Notes under the pieces: model-generated
The model's input: only the letters and a program-made list of their open reading frames with translations
The model's database searches: none
Told to the model about the DNA's origin: nothing
Shown: positions 8,143-16,229 of the stretch, one piece after another
Layout: each line of letters begins with the position of its first letter
Position numbering within the stretch: the stretch's first letter is position 1
NCBI GenBank assembly: GCA_031082185.1
Contig: JAVHLI010000011.1
Location: 35,735-99,734 of the forward strand
Direction of reading: 5' to 3'
DNA from: a bacterium
GTDB taxonomy: Bacteria > Sysuimicrobiota > Sysuimicrobiia > Sysuimicrobiales > Humicultoraceae
Length of the DNA: 64,000 nucleotides
Translations under genes and position numbers: made by a program

Positions 8143-9968
8143 GACACGCTCCTAACCCTTCCGCCGGACAGCCGGTTCAGCAGGTTCACGAGTCCCGTCA
8201 CCACGAGGATGACCACGACCAGCATGACCGTGAAGGCGTCGGCAAGCTGCCGGAAGCCAACCTCGGTGTACCAGAAGGCCTGGGTGGCCATCAGGCGGAT
8301 CCGGGGCGTGACCAGCATGATGTACAGGGAGAGTTCCCGCATGGTGGTTATGAACACGATCAGAGCACCCGCCAGGAATGCCGGCCGGGTGAGCGGGAAC
8401 AGGATCCGCGCGAACCGCATGTGCCAGGGTATGCTCAGGACGCTTGCCGCCTCTTCAAGTTCCTTGGAAACCTGCATCTGGGCACTGATCCCGGCGCGGG
8501 CGGCGTACGGGAGCTGCTTCCCCACGGTGACGAGCAGCAGTAGAGCGAACGTCCCATAGAGCGCGGGCGCCAGGAGGCCGCCCCGCGCGAACAGCGAGAG
8601 GTAGATGGCCCCGAATGCGATTGAGGGAATCAACATCGGCACAAACGATACCTGTTCGATCAGGCGCACAACGAGACTGCCGCGCACCCTTGCCACGAGA
8701 TAGCCGATCAGCAGGCCGAGGATACCGCAGACCACCCCGCCGAGCAGTCCCAGCCGGATGCTGTTCCACATCGCGGTCAGATTCAGTGGGTTTCGCAGCA
8801 CGCCTGGCTCGCCATCGTTGATGCCAGGTGTGCCGGCGCCGATCCAGTGTCGCAGCGACAGGTTGCCCAGACTGTAGTCGCCCTGGTTCGCCATCAGGCT
8901 CGACCAGAACAGCAGCAGGAGCGGAAACAGGGCCACCGCGATCAGGAACAGCAGTACGGCCGCCCCGGTCGGGATGCGCCACCGCCCCAAGGATACGATG
9001 CGGGAGCGTCCGCCCTTGCCCGAGACCAGGTCGAACGATTTGCGGGTGCCAAGAACCTTGAAGTTGATGTAGAGGCCGACCGCTGCGATGGCCATTAGCG
9101 CGAGCGCCACGACGTAGGCCTGGCTTGCGCGCCCTGTCAGGTTCAGAGAGTAGATCTGTGTGGCAACCACATAGTAACGGGCCGGCAGGCCGAGGATCGC
9201 GGGCGTCCCAAACGTCCCGATGCTGCGGGCGAAGGCCAGCAGGAGCACCGAGAGGATCGCCGGCATGACTATGGGGAACGTGATCCTGGTGAGGGTCTGC
9301 CAGCGGCTCAGGCCCAGCACGTCCGCCGATTCCTCAAGCTCGGTGTTGAGGTTCTTCAGGGCGCCCGAGAGGAACAGGTACCCAAAGGGGAAGTAGTGGA
9401 TGCCCAGAGCGATGACAATGGGCACGCCGCCGTACACCAGCCACTCCGGCGCCTGCCATCCCAGCGCGTACTCCAGGAATCCCCTGGGCGCCCCCACGCC
9501 CTGGTTCCGGAAGAGCGTCAACCACGCCAGCGCGATGGTCCATGATGGCAGGACATAGGGCAGCACGGCAAGCGTGGCGATGGCGCCCTTGAACGCAACA
9601 TCGGTGCGGACCACCAGCCAGGCGAGAGCCCCGCCGACCACTGTTACGATCACCATGACGCCCAGGGCCACGGTCAACGTCCGCATCATGGGCAGGACAA
9701 TCAGATTACGGGTGAGCTCGCTGTTCAGCACGCGCTGCCAGTGGAAGAGCGTGAAGCGCCCCACCTCGATGTCGGGGCCGGCGAACCGGGTGTCTCCGCT
9801 CTGCCAGGTCAGTGAGGTCGTCACGACCGCGAAGAGCGGCGCGACAACCAGGTAGGCCAGGACGACGAGCAGGAGGGCCGCGAGCAAGGACTGCGGAGAC
9901 ACAAACCGCCGCCCAGCCCACCGCGCGGCCCTCACCGCTGCAAGGGCTACCGGACGTTCGCGATCCAC
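8139..9968 (-). CDS. ABC importer permease, duplicated MetI-type domain (FbpB/ThiP-like architecture)
   Basis: 609 aa with about 12 hydrophobic segments in two similar halves. ATGA overlap with the ATPase gene. The exact start is uncertain. Confidence 0.8.
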   Translation of the reverse strand: MDRERPVALAAVRAARWAGRRFVSPQSLLAALLLVVLAYLVVAPLFAVVTTSLTWQSGDTRFAGPDIEVGRFTLFHWQRVLNSELTRNLIVLPMMRTLTVALGVMVIVTVVGGALAWLVVRTDVAFKGAIATLAVLPYVLPSWTIALAWLTLFRNQGVGAPRGFLEYALGWQAPEWLVYGGVPIVIALGIHYFPFGYLFLSGALKNLNTELEESADVLGLSRWQTLTRITFPIVMPAILSVLLLAFARSIGTFGTPAILGLPARYYVVATQIYSLNLTGRASQAYVVALALMAIAAVGLYINFKVLGTRKSFDLVSGKGGRSRIVSLGRWRIPTGAAVLLFLIAVALFPLLLLFWSSLMANQGDYSLGNLSLRHWIGAGTPGINDGEPGVLRNPLNLTAMWNSIRLGLLGGVVCGILGLLIGYLVARVRGSLVVRLIEQVSFVPMLIPSIAFGAIYLSLFARGGLLAPALYGTFALLLLVTVGKQLPYAARAGISAQMQVSKELEEAASVLSIPWHMRFARILFPLTRPAFLAGALIVFITTMRELSLYIMLVTPRIRLMATQAFWYTEVGFRQLADAFTVMLVVVILVVTGLVNLLNRLSGGRVRSVS

Positions 9969-11134
9969 CAGTCCTGAACCTCGGTCTGGACTCTCCAGAT
10001 CGCCTCAGGATCCATGATCTTGAAGTTGATCTTCTCGTATGGGATCCAGTGGGGATCGTCCGACGGGCGCACGTCAATACGCGCCGGCCAGTTGCCGGGC
10101 ACCAAGAACGGCGCCATTCCCTGGCCGCCTTTCGCATCGCCGAAGAAGTACCGGATCAGCAGCTTGGCCGCGTTCGGGTGCGGCGCCCGATTGGCGATGT
10201 TCATGAGACTCGGGTAGGACATGCCGGCGTACGGTGTAAGCTGGGTCACCGCCCAGGCCTGCAGGTTGCCGCGCTCCGGGTCCTTCACGTCGCGGAGCTG
10301 AGAGAACACCATCGAGATGCCTATGCGGGGCTCCGTGGCATTGGGATCGCCGACCACCGGGAGTGCATCCCCGTGGCGCCGGAAGAACCGAGGCCGGTTG
10401 GCCAGGATGCCCTTCAGGAGTTCATAGCCGGCGTTCGGAGTTGTCAGGCGGAGCCGCTGCCCGAACACTCGCTCGTAGTCCTTTGCCATCGGCAGGGCGC
10501 TACCGACGAGCTGCGTGATGAAGTCCAGTGATGAGGCGTCCACCATCGGGTCAACCATCGAGAGGCGTCCGCGCCACTCGGGCCGGGTGAGGTCCCACCA
10601 CGATTTGATAGGCGAGTCGGGCGATACCTTGGTGTTGTAGAAGATTCCCCGCGCCTCCAGCCGCTGCGCGACGAGCGGCTCGCGGAACTCCCGTGGAATC
10701 ACCTTCACGAGCTCCGGCGGCACGAAAGCGAAGATCATGTGGCGTCTGAAGAGCCGGTGGTACTGCGCCGCGTAGCCCGACGCGTGGATTACGTCGGCGT
10801 TATAGATGCCCGCGCGCTGCTCGCGCTCAAGGCGGTCTATCGACGCCGCGGTCCCCAGTTGGAACGCCTCGAACTCGACCCCGGGGAACATTGTCTCGAA
10901 CTCCTTCTTCAGCGGGGGCACCCGGGACGAACTCGTGTACACCGTCACCTTCCCCTCGCGCCGGGCGGCCAGATAGACCGCCCTCCAGTCCTCCTTGGAC
11001 GGCGCGTAGGGCCCAAGGTTCGCCTGCTTCAGCCAGGCATCCACTTCGGCGGGGACGCGCGGCTGCGCGCCCGAGGGCATCACCAGCAGCACCGCCAGTA
11101 CGGCGGCGATGAACAGGGGCAGGACTCTATGCAT
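9947..11134 (-). CDS. ABC transporter periplasmic substrate-binding protein (family 1, Fe3+/AEP-like)
   Basis: GAGAGGAGGAA upstream and a signal peptide MHRVLPLFIAAVLAVLLVMPSGAQP. It lies in an operon with the permease and ATPase. The substrate cannot be read from the sequence. Confidence 0.75.
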   Translation of the reverse strand: MHRVLPLFIAAVLAVLLVMPSGAQPRVPAEVDAWLKQANLGPYAPSKEDWRAVYLAARREGKVTVYTSSSRVPPLKKEFETMFPGVEFEAFQLGTAASIDRLEREQRAGIYNADVIHASGYAAQYHRLFRRHMIFAFVPPELVKVIPREFREPLVAQRLEARGIFYNTKVSPDSPIKSWWDLTRPEWRGRLSMVDPMVDASSLDFITQLVGSALPMAKDYERVFGQRLRLTTPNAGYELLKGILANRPRFFRRHGDALPVVGDPNATEPRIGISMVFSQLRDVKDPERGNLQAWAVTQLTPYAGMSYPSLMNIANRAPHPNAAKLLIRYFFGDAKGGQGMAPFLVPGNWPARIDVRPSDDPHWIPYEKINFKIMDPEAIWRVQTEVQDWWIANVR

Positions 11135-11151
11135 GGGTTCCTCCTCTCAAC

Positions 11152-11874
11152 TCAACGCTCAATCCTGAGCGCTATGAAGTACCGATCTCCCCGGTAGTGA
11201 CTGCGCGTCAACCCCAGCAGCCGGCCATCGCTGAGGTAGGTGACCCGCTGGACTCTCAACAGCGCGCTCCCATCGGCGACACTGAGCAGCGCCGCCTGAT
11301 TCCGGTTGGCCGTTACGGCTTCCACGCGCTGATCCGCGTACGCAACGGACTGCCCCAGGGCCTCCGCCGCCAGGGCGTAGAGGGACCGCCCGAAGTCCAG
11401 GTGTTCCAGCAGACGGCCGACGACGGGAGGAAGGAGGATAGTGTTGAGGGCTATTGGCTCTCCGTCCGTCCGGCGTAGGCGGTCGATGCGGAAGACCTGG
11501 GCGTCAGGGCTCAGCCCGAGGGTCTCGGCCTCGTCAGGCGTCGCATCCGCCCAGTTCCTGGCCAATACCTCGGTGGACGGCGCCACGCCGTGGGCCCGGG
11601 CGTCCTCCTCGAAGCCCAACAGCCGATTGCCGGCGCGCTCGATCTTCGGGGCGGCCACGAACGTGCCGATGCCCCTGCGCCGAATGAGGACCCCGCTGGC
11701 GACCAGTCTGCTGAGCCCCTGCCGCACGGTCATCTTGGCTACACCGTACCTGTTGCACAGCTCGTCCTCAGTAGGGATTTGATCCCCGGAGCGGAAGGCC
11801 CCCGAGTCTATGAGCATCCTGATGTCTTGTTCGATGCGGAGGTATGCGGCGATCAGATGGGTCGAGGTAGCCAT
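11152..11874 (-). CDS. GntR-family transcriptional regulator, HutC subfamily (wHTH + UTRA)
   Basis: ORF trimmed to ATG 11874. N-terminal motif IPTEDELCNRYGVAKMTVRQGLSRLVASGVLIRRRGIGTFV, followed by a UTRA-like C-terminal half. Confidence 0.85.
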   Translation of the reverse strand: MATSTHLIAAYLRIEQDIRMLIDSGAFRSGDQIPTEDELCNRYGVAKMTVRQGLSRLVASGVLIRRRGIGTFVAAPKIERAGNRLLGFEEDARAHGVAPSTEVLARNWADATPDEAETLGLSPDAQVFRIDRLRRTDGEPIALNTILLPPVVGRLLEHLDFGRSLYALAAEALGQSVAYADQRVEAVTANRNQAALLSVADGSALLRVQRVTYLSDGRLLGLTRSHYRGDRYFIALRIER

Positions 11875-11903
11875 TGCCGTTCCAGCCCACCCTCGTGGTT
11901 CAT

Positions 11904-11925
11904 ATATACTTCTATACAACTATAC
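11904..11925. promoter_or_regulatory. Three 8-bp-phased direct repeats in an AT-rich patch upstream of the GntR gene (candidate promoter/operator)
   Basis: The minus strand reads cGTATAGttGTATAGaaGTATATat. On the plus strand the ctatac/atatac units start at 11904, 11912 and 11920, 30-50 nt upstream of ATG 11874. Confidence 0.4.
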
Positions 11926-11981
11926 GAAGCTAGGGAGCAACGGTCAACCGGAAACTGCAACCGCTGTGACTCAGGCCAGGA

Positions 11982-12503
11982 TCAGGTCTGGTTCCCGAAG
12001 GACTCGTGATGCACCCTGCTCTCGTCGTACCGGGTGCGAGGGGGCTTCGTTTCGGCCGGATGGCCGACCGGCACCACGCACAGCACCCGCAGTCGGTCAG
12101 GAATGCCCAGTTCATCGCGCACATAGGCCTCGCGCTGCTCGCGAGGGTAGACCGCTACCCACACCGTCCCCAGACCGAGCCCAACGGCCGCCAGGAGCAG
12201 GTTCTCAGTGGCCGCGCTGCAGTCTTCGACCCAGTGGTCGGACGCGGCGGGATCGCCGAGTACCACGATGACCACCGGTGAGCCGTCACACATGGAGGCC
12301 CACCGATGAGTCTGGGCCAGCGCGCGGCGCCGTTCCGGGTCGCGGACCACGATGAATGCCCATGGGCGGACATCGTTGGCCGACGGCGCGGCCATGGCGG
12401 CCTGGAGCAGAGCCCTGACCTGGTCCTCGGTCACGGGGGCATCGGTGTAAGCCCGGATGCTCCGCCGCTTCAGGATCAGTTCTGGTACCGCGGTTGGTTT
12501 CAT
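11982..12503 (-). CDS. Nitroreductase-family protein
   Basis: ORF trimmed to ATG 12503. LKRRSIRAYT motif; size and layout are typical of the family. Confidence 0.8.
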   Translation of the reverse strand: MKPTAVPELILKRRSIRAYTDAPVTEDQVRALLQAAMAAPSANDVRPWAFIVVRDPERRRALAQTHRWASMCDGSPVVIVVLGDPAASDHWVEDCSAATENLLLAAVGLGLGTVWVAVYPREQREAYVRDELGIPDRLRVLCVVPVGHPAETKPPRTRYDESRVHHESFGNQT

Positions 12504-12771
12504 AGTCACCACTTCCTCCGGCATCTTCTTGCGCTGGAGTTGCGTCCGAGGAACCCCGTTCGCGGCAGGTCTCTCCAGGTCCTGTTATCCGCGGTCTCTG
12601 GGAGACGCTTGGGGAGGTGCCGGGGCGCCACGAGATGCCCGAAGCCTGCTGGGAATCAGTCCTGGCAGGCCCGCAGTGCACACCCCTCGATCGTCCCATC
12701 CGCAACAGCAGGATCACACCCTCGACCGGGAGAACCTAAGCCCTCGGATAGTTGACCATAGCTAGATCCGT

Positions 12772-13997
12772 GTGAATCGGGCCGCTTTCACGGGGGTGTC
12801 TGAAGAGATGAACGGGCGCACCGCAGTTGTGGCTACGGCACTGTTCATTGTTGGGATACTTCTTGTGCTGCCTCTGCCTGAACTCCGGGCCCAGTATGAG
12901 GAGATTGTCGCTCGTGCTAGGCCGGCCGTAGTCTTCATCATGGTCGAAACAGACCGGGGAAGGTTCTCTGGGAGCGGCTTCTTCATCGACCCGAGTGGGT
13001 ATATCGTTACCAACCGACATGTCATCGAGGACGCTAGTCGCATATCTATTCAGATTCCGGACGGAAGGGTTCTCCCCGCCATCATCGTTCGATTCAGCGC
13101 GCTCTTTGACGTGGCGATACTGAAGGTTGATGGAAGTGGCTTCCCGGTACTGACATTCGGAGACTCTGACGGCGTCCAGCAGGGGCAGGAAGTGATCGTG
13201 ATTGGCTATCCCAGGGCCAGTGCCCTGGGATAGGAAACGGCCACGGTGACCCGAGGCATCGTTAGCGCGTTGCGCCCAGCCCAGGGCTACATTCAACTCG
13301 ACGCAGCGATGAACCCAGGGAATAGCGGCGGCCCTGTTTTGAATCGACGGGGCGAGGTGGTTGGCGTCGCTGTGTCCTCTCTGAGAGAAGCCGCCCTGGT
13401 GAATTTCGCGGTGGCGTCGAATCTCGCGCGCACCCTCTTGACCCAATTGACCGCTGTAGCCATCCCGGCGCCTAGGAGTTCCCCGAGCGCGCAGCCCCCC
13501 CCGGCCCTCAGCCAACACCTCCGCCGGCACCACAGCCGTCTCCTCCGTCCGTCCGGCCCGCCGGTACGATGTCCCCTACGTTGATTCGCCCCGGCGCAAG
13601 CATAGGGATGATTGCCCTGGATATGACGATTGACCAAGCCGTGCAGAATGCCGGGAGGTGGACGCGAAGCGGTGCCGCGACGCCGAGCGGAGTTTTCTGG
13701 TCTTGGGATGTGCATGGAAACACGTTCCGTCTGAGCCCCCGAGTCTCCGCATTCGCAAAGGACGAAAGGAGTCCGATCAACGAGATACAGACCACGAGTC
13801 CTAATTTCGCCACCCCTGGGGGCGTTCGGGTGGGCGACCCGCTGGACAGGCTCAAGGCGGAACTCGGGAGCAACTACCGGGTGAGCATGACTCTCCTGTA
13901 TGATCTTCCGAATCTATCATGGGCCGGAGTATACGCAGGCTATGACCCGGCCGTAAACATGTCGGACAGGCGGGTGGTGTACTTCGGCGTAAGGTAG
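12772..13997 (+). pseudogene. Trypsin-like S1C (HtrA/DegP-type) serine protease interrupted by an in-frame TAG and a probable frameshift
   Basis: His (TNRHVI) and Asp (DVAILKV) lie in ORF 12772..13233. TAG at 13231-13233 is in the same frame as ORF 13246..13584, which carries [10 protein letters not shown] and the catalytic GNSGGP. At the C8 run (13495-13502) the reading frame becomes R-rich nonsense, while the other frame, open from 13476, reads a Pro-rich linker [17 protein letters not shown] that runs into ORF 13569..13997. Confidence 0.7.
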
Positions 13998-14094
13998 TGA
14001 TTCCCTGAGGCCGGCGCAGTCCTGCGCCTCGGCCTCGTCGCAGACGTCAGTGCTCATTGCTGCTGGAGACGGCAGTTTGTCTATGGGGGAGGAA

Positions 14095-14715
14095 ATGAAG
14101 ATGGTCCGGTTGCTGGCAGCGCTATGTTTGGTCGGTCTCGTTCTGGGACTGGCGGCCCCACTAAGTCAGGCACAGGCGCCCCGGAGAACCATTGTGGTGG
14201 TGGACTTCGGTGACCGAGTTGGAGGTTGGTCGAGCACCCGAGAGGTCGTCACTACCCGGGTAATCTCCAAACTCCGTGACGATCAGGTGCTTCGAGTGCT
14301 TCCTCGTGATCGGGTCCGGGAGGCGTTGCAGGCGGCCAAGGTGGAGACGGTGGGATTCATCGACTGGGAAGAGGCGCAGAAGGTGGCAAAGAGCCTTGAG
14401 GCCGACTATGTGATCATGGGGGAAGTGACGGCCTTTGATCAGCAACACCAGGGCGGCTGCCTTCCGATTGTCGGCTGCGCTTACACGATCACCGCGGCTG
14501 TCACCCTACGGGGCAAGGTGCTGAACGTGGCTACGGGGCAGTTCGTGGGCGAGCCCAAGGCCGAGGTGAAGAAGCAGCAGTCCAGCGTGTCGATTTGGGT
14601 CGGGCCGTGGTGGGGATCCATCAGCGTGGATAACTTCGACGGGCAGTTGATCGGCAAGGTCACTCTTGAGGCTGTAGACAAGTTCATCACCGAGGCAAAG
14701 CCACAGCTGAAGTAG
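14095..14715 (+). CDS. Periplasmic CsgG/LpoB-like protein
   Basis: ORF trimmed to ATG 14095, which has GGGGAGG upstream. A signal peptide is followed by TIVVVDFGDRVGG...VISKLRDDQVLRVLPRDRV...AKSLEADYVIMGEVTAF, a pattern typical of CsgG-like domains. Confidence 0.5.
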   Translation: MKMVRLLAALCLVGLVLGLAAPLSQAQAPRRTIVVVDFGDRVGGWSSTREVVTTRVISKLRDDQVLRVLPRDRVREALQAAKVETVGFIDWEEAQKVAKSLEADYVIMGEVTAFDQQHQGGCLPIVGCAYTITAAVTLRGKVLNVATGQFVGEPKAEVKKQQSSVSIWVGPWWGSISVDNFDGQLIGKVTLEAVDKFITEAKPQLK

Positions 14716-14759
14716 AAAGGCGCGGGGCTTCGCTGAGGAAACCCTTACTGTGCTTGCTT

Positions 14760-14835
14760 TGGCGGGCCCGGAGGGAATCGAACCCCCGACCAGAGGCTTA
14801 GGAGTCCCCTGCTCTATCCACTGAGCTACGGGCCC
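14760..14835 (-). tRNA. tRNA-Arg (anticodon CCT)
   Basis: Hand fold of 76 nt: acceptor GGGCCCG/CGGGCCC, D-arm GCTC-AGTGGATA-GAGC, anticodon loop CTCCTAA, T-arm GGGGG-TTCGATT-CCCTC, G73, encoded CCA. Confidence 0.85.
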
Positions 14836-14896
14836 GCGTCAGCATTGTAGCAGATGGCCCGCTACTTACCGTAGTCCTTCTTCGGACTCGAGGCTG

Positions 14897-16153
14897 TCAC
14901 TCCAACAGGTGACCCAGCCGGCGGTTGACCGCCAGCAGCGTCGCCCGTACGACGCCCTGCCCGAGGTCGCTTTCCGCCGCCGCGCAGCCGATGAGGCGCT
15001 CGGTGGGCTGGCCCGGCCCGCCCAGCAGGGCGGTCACAGCCAGTGCCGTGCCAGCGGGGATGTGGAGAGCGTGGACCTCCTCCACAGCCGTCCGCCACCC
15101 GCCGCGCAGCGCCTGGTTCACCGCCGCCAGCGTGGATTCCGCCAGCAGCCGCAGCGGGACCGAGCCCATGTCCGGCCCTGTGGTCTCGCCGATATAGCGA
15201 TCGGATCCCAGACCCAACTCGACGATGACCGTTGCGTTGCCGTCCCCGGCGGACAGGTTGACCCGCCGGAGTTGCAGGCGCGGTTCTGGCAACACTCGCC
15301 CCCCGGCAGATTCGCCCGCAGCCAGGATCTTCTCACTCTTGGCCTGCGTGGACTGCCGGCTCGCGATGGTGATGAGATCGTCCACCGTCGCCGCGAAGTG
15401 GACGTCCTGCCGCTCCGTCGTCCGCTTCCCACCGGCGATGCCCATGCTTGCCCCCAGGGTGAATCCCGGCGGTACCCCGGGCAATTGCAGCCCACAGATG
15501 GCCTCAAGGGCCCTGAGGCCCAGCGCCTGCGCCTCTTCCTGCGGTCGTGTGGTCAGGATGGCGAACTCGTCGCCGCCGTACCGGCAGAGCAGGTCGCGAT
15601 CGGAGTCCACTGTGGCGAGCAGCGCCTCGGCGACCGTCCGGATGCAACGATCACCCACCGCGTGTCCGAACCGCCTGTTGACCGACCGGAAGTCGTCGAG
15701 ATCGAGGAAGAGGATGGTGATCTCGAGTCCGTCCCGCAGGTACTCGATTGCCCTATCGCGGACGGTGGTCCCCCATGGAAGCTCCGTCAGCGGGTCCACC
15801 GGGCGCCCCAGCGCCTTGAGGATGTCCTCCCGCGTGATGAGACCGACCAGACGGTCGTCGTCCAGGACCGGAAGGTAGCCGATCTGCCGTTTGTCCATCA
15901 GGTCGAAAGCGGCGGCCAGGTTCGTTCCGGGGCGTGCGGCAGGAGGTTCTCGGGACATCACCTCGCTGACCAGCCGGTAGGGCGGGGCGCGGAGGAGATC
16001 CCGCATCGCGACGACGCCGACTAAGCGCTCCTTGCTGACCACGGGGAGGACGCTCACGTCGCGGTCAAGCATGAGTGTAACAGCCTCGCCGACAGCGCGG
16101 TCCTGCCCGATGGTGACCACGTTCGTGGTCATTGCCTGCTCGACGGTGCGCAA
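14897..16153 (-). CDS. CBS-pair + GGDEF diguanylate cyclase with an uncharacterised C-terminal domain of about 130 aa
   Basis: Two CBS repeats come first, then a GGDEF domain (RYGGDEFAILT, RFGHAVGDRCI). The C-terminal segment VNLSAGDGNATVIVELGLGSDRYIGETTG... is unassigned. The start is TTG 16153 (GAGGG upstream) or ATG 16132. Confidence 0.8.
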   Translation of the reverse strand: MRTVEQAMTTNVVTIGQDRAVGEAVTLMLDRDVSVLPVVSKERLVGVVAMRDLLRAPPYRLVSEVMSREPPAARPGTNLAAAFDLMDKRQIGYLPVLDDDRLVGLITREDILKALGRPVDPLTELPWGTTVRDRAIEYLRDGLEITILFLDLDDFRSVNRRFGHAVGDRCIRTVAEALLATVDSDRDLLCRYGGDEFAILTTRPQEEAQALGLRALEAICGLQLPGVPPGFTLGASMGIAGGKRTTERQDVHFAATVDDLITIASRQSTQAKSEKILAAGESAGGRVLPEPRLQLRRVNLSAGDGNATVIVELGLGSDRYIGETTGPDMGSVPLRLLAESTLAAVNQALRGGWRTAVEEVHALHIPAGTALAVTALLGGPGQPTERLIGCAAAESDLGQGVVRATLLAVNRRLGHLLE

Positions 16154-16220
16154 GGGATGGCCCTCGGCAGGGACGATTCACGGTCCCGGCCCAATTTGCC
16201 TGCTGGCGGCGGAGCGAAAG

Positions 16221-16229
16221 TGATATAAT
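16221..16229 (+). promoter_or_regulatory. Extended -10 promoter element TGaTATAAT
   Basis: A perfect TGnTATAAT at 16221-16229 in an otherwise GC-rich context. It overlaps the first ATG (16228) and lies 14 nt before the second ATG (16243) of the downstream ORF. Confidence 0.35.

Noticed and set aside
13231-13233. The in-frame TAG as pyrrolysine or programmed readthrough
   Set aside because: There are no pyl genes or other TAG-interrupted genes in the window. The same gene also shows a frame change at a homopolymer. Decay or sequencing error is more parsimonious. It is kept as a finding to be checked, not as recoding.
14008-14036. The GC-rich hairpin after the protease remnant (GAGGCCGGCGCA...TGCGCCTCGGCCTC) as a terminator
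   Set aside because: The stem is bulged and there is no U-tract. I cannot distinguish it from chance GC-rich self-complementarity.
12740-14835. A genomic island integrated at tRNA-Arg(CCT): the region looks lower in GC by eye and holds a decayed protease
   Set aside because: I found no integrase, no recombinase and no direct repeat of the tRNA 3' end. I could not compute the GC difference rigorously. The evidence is insufficient.
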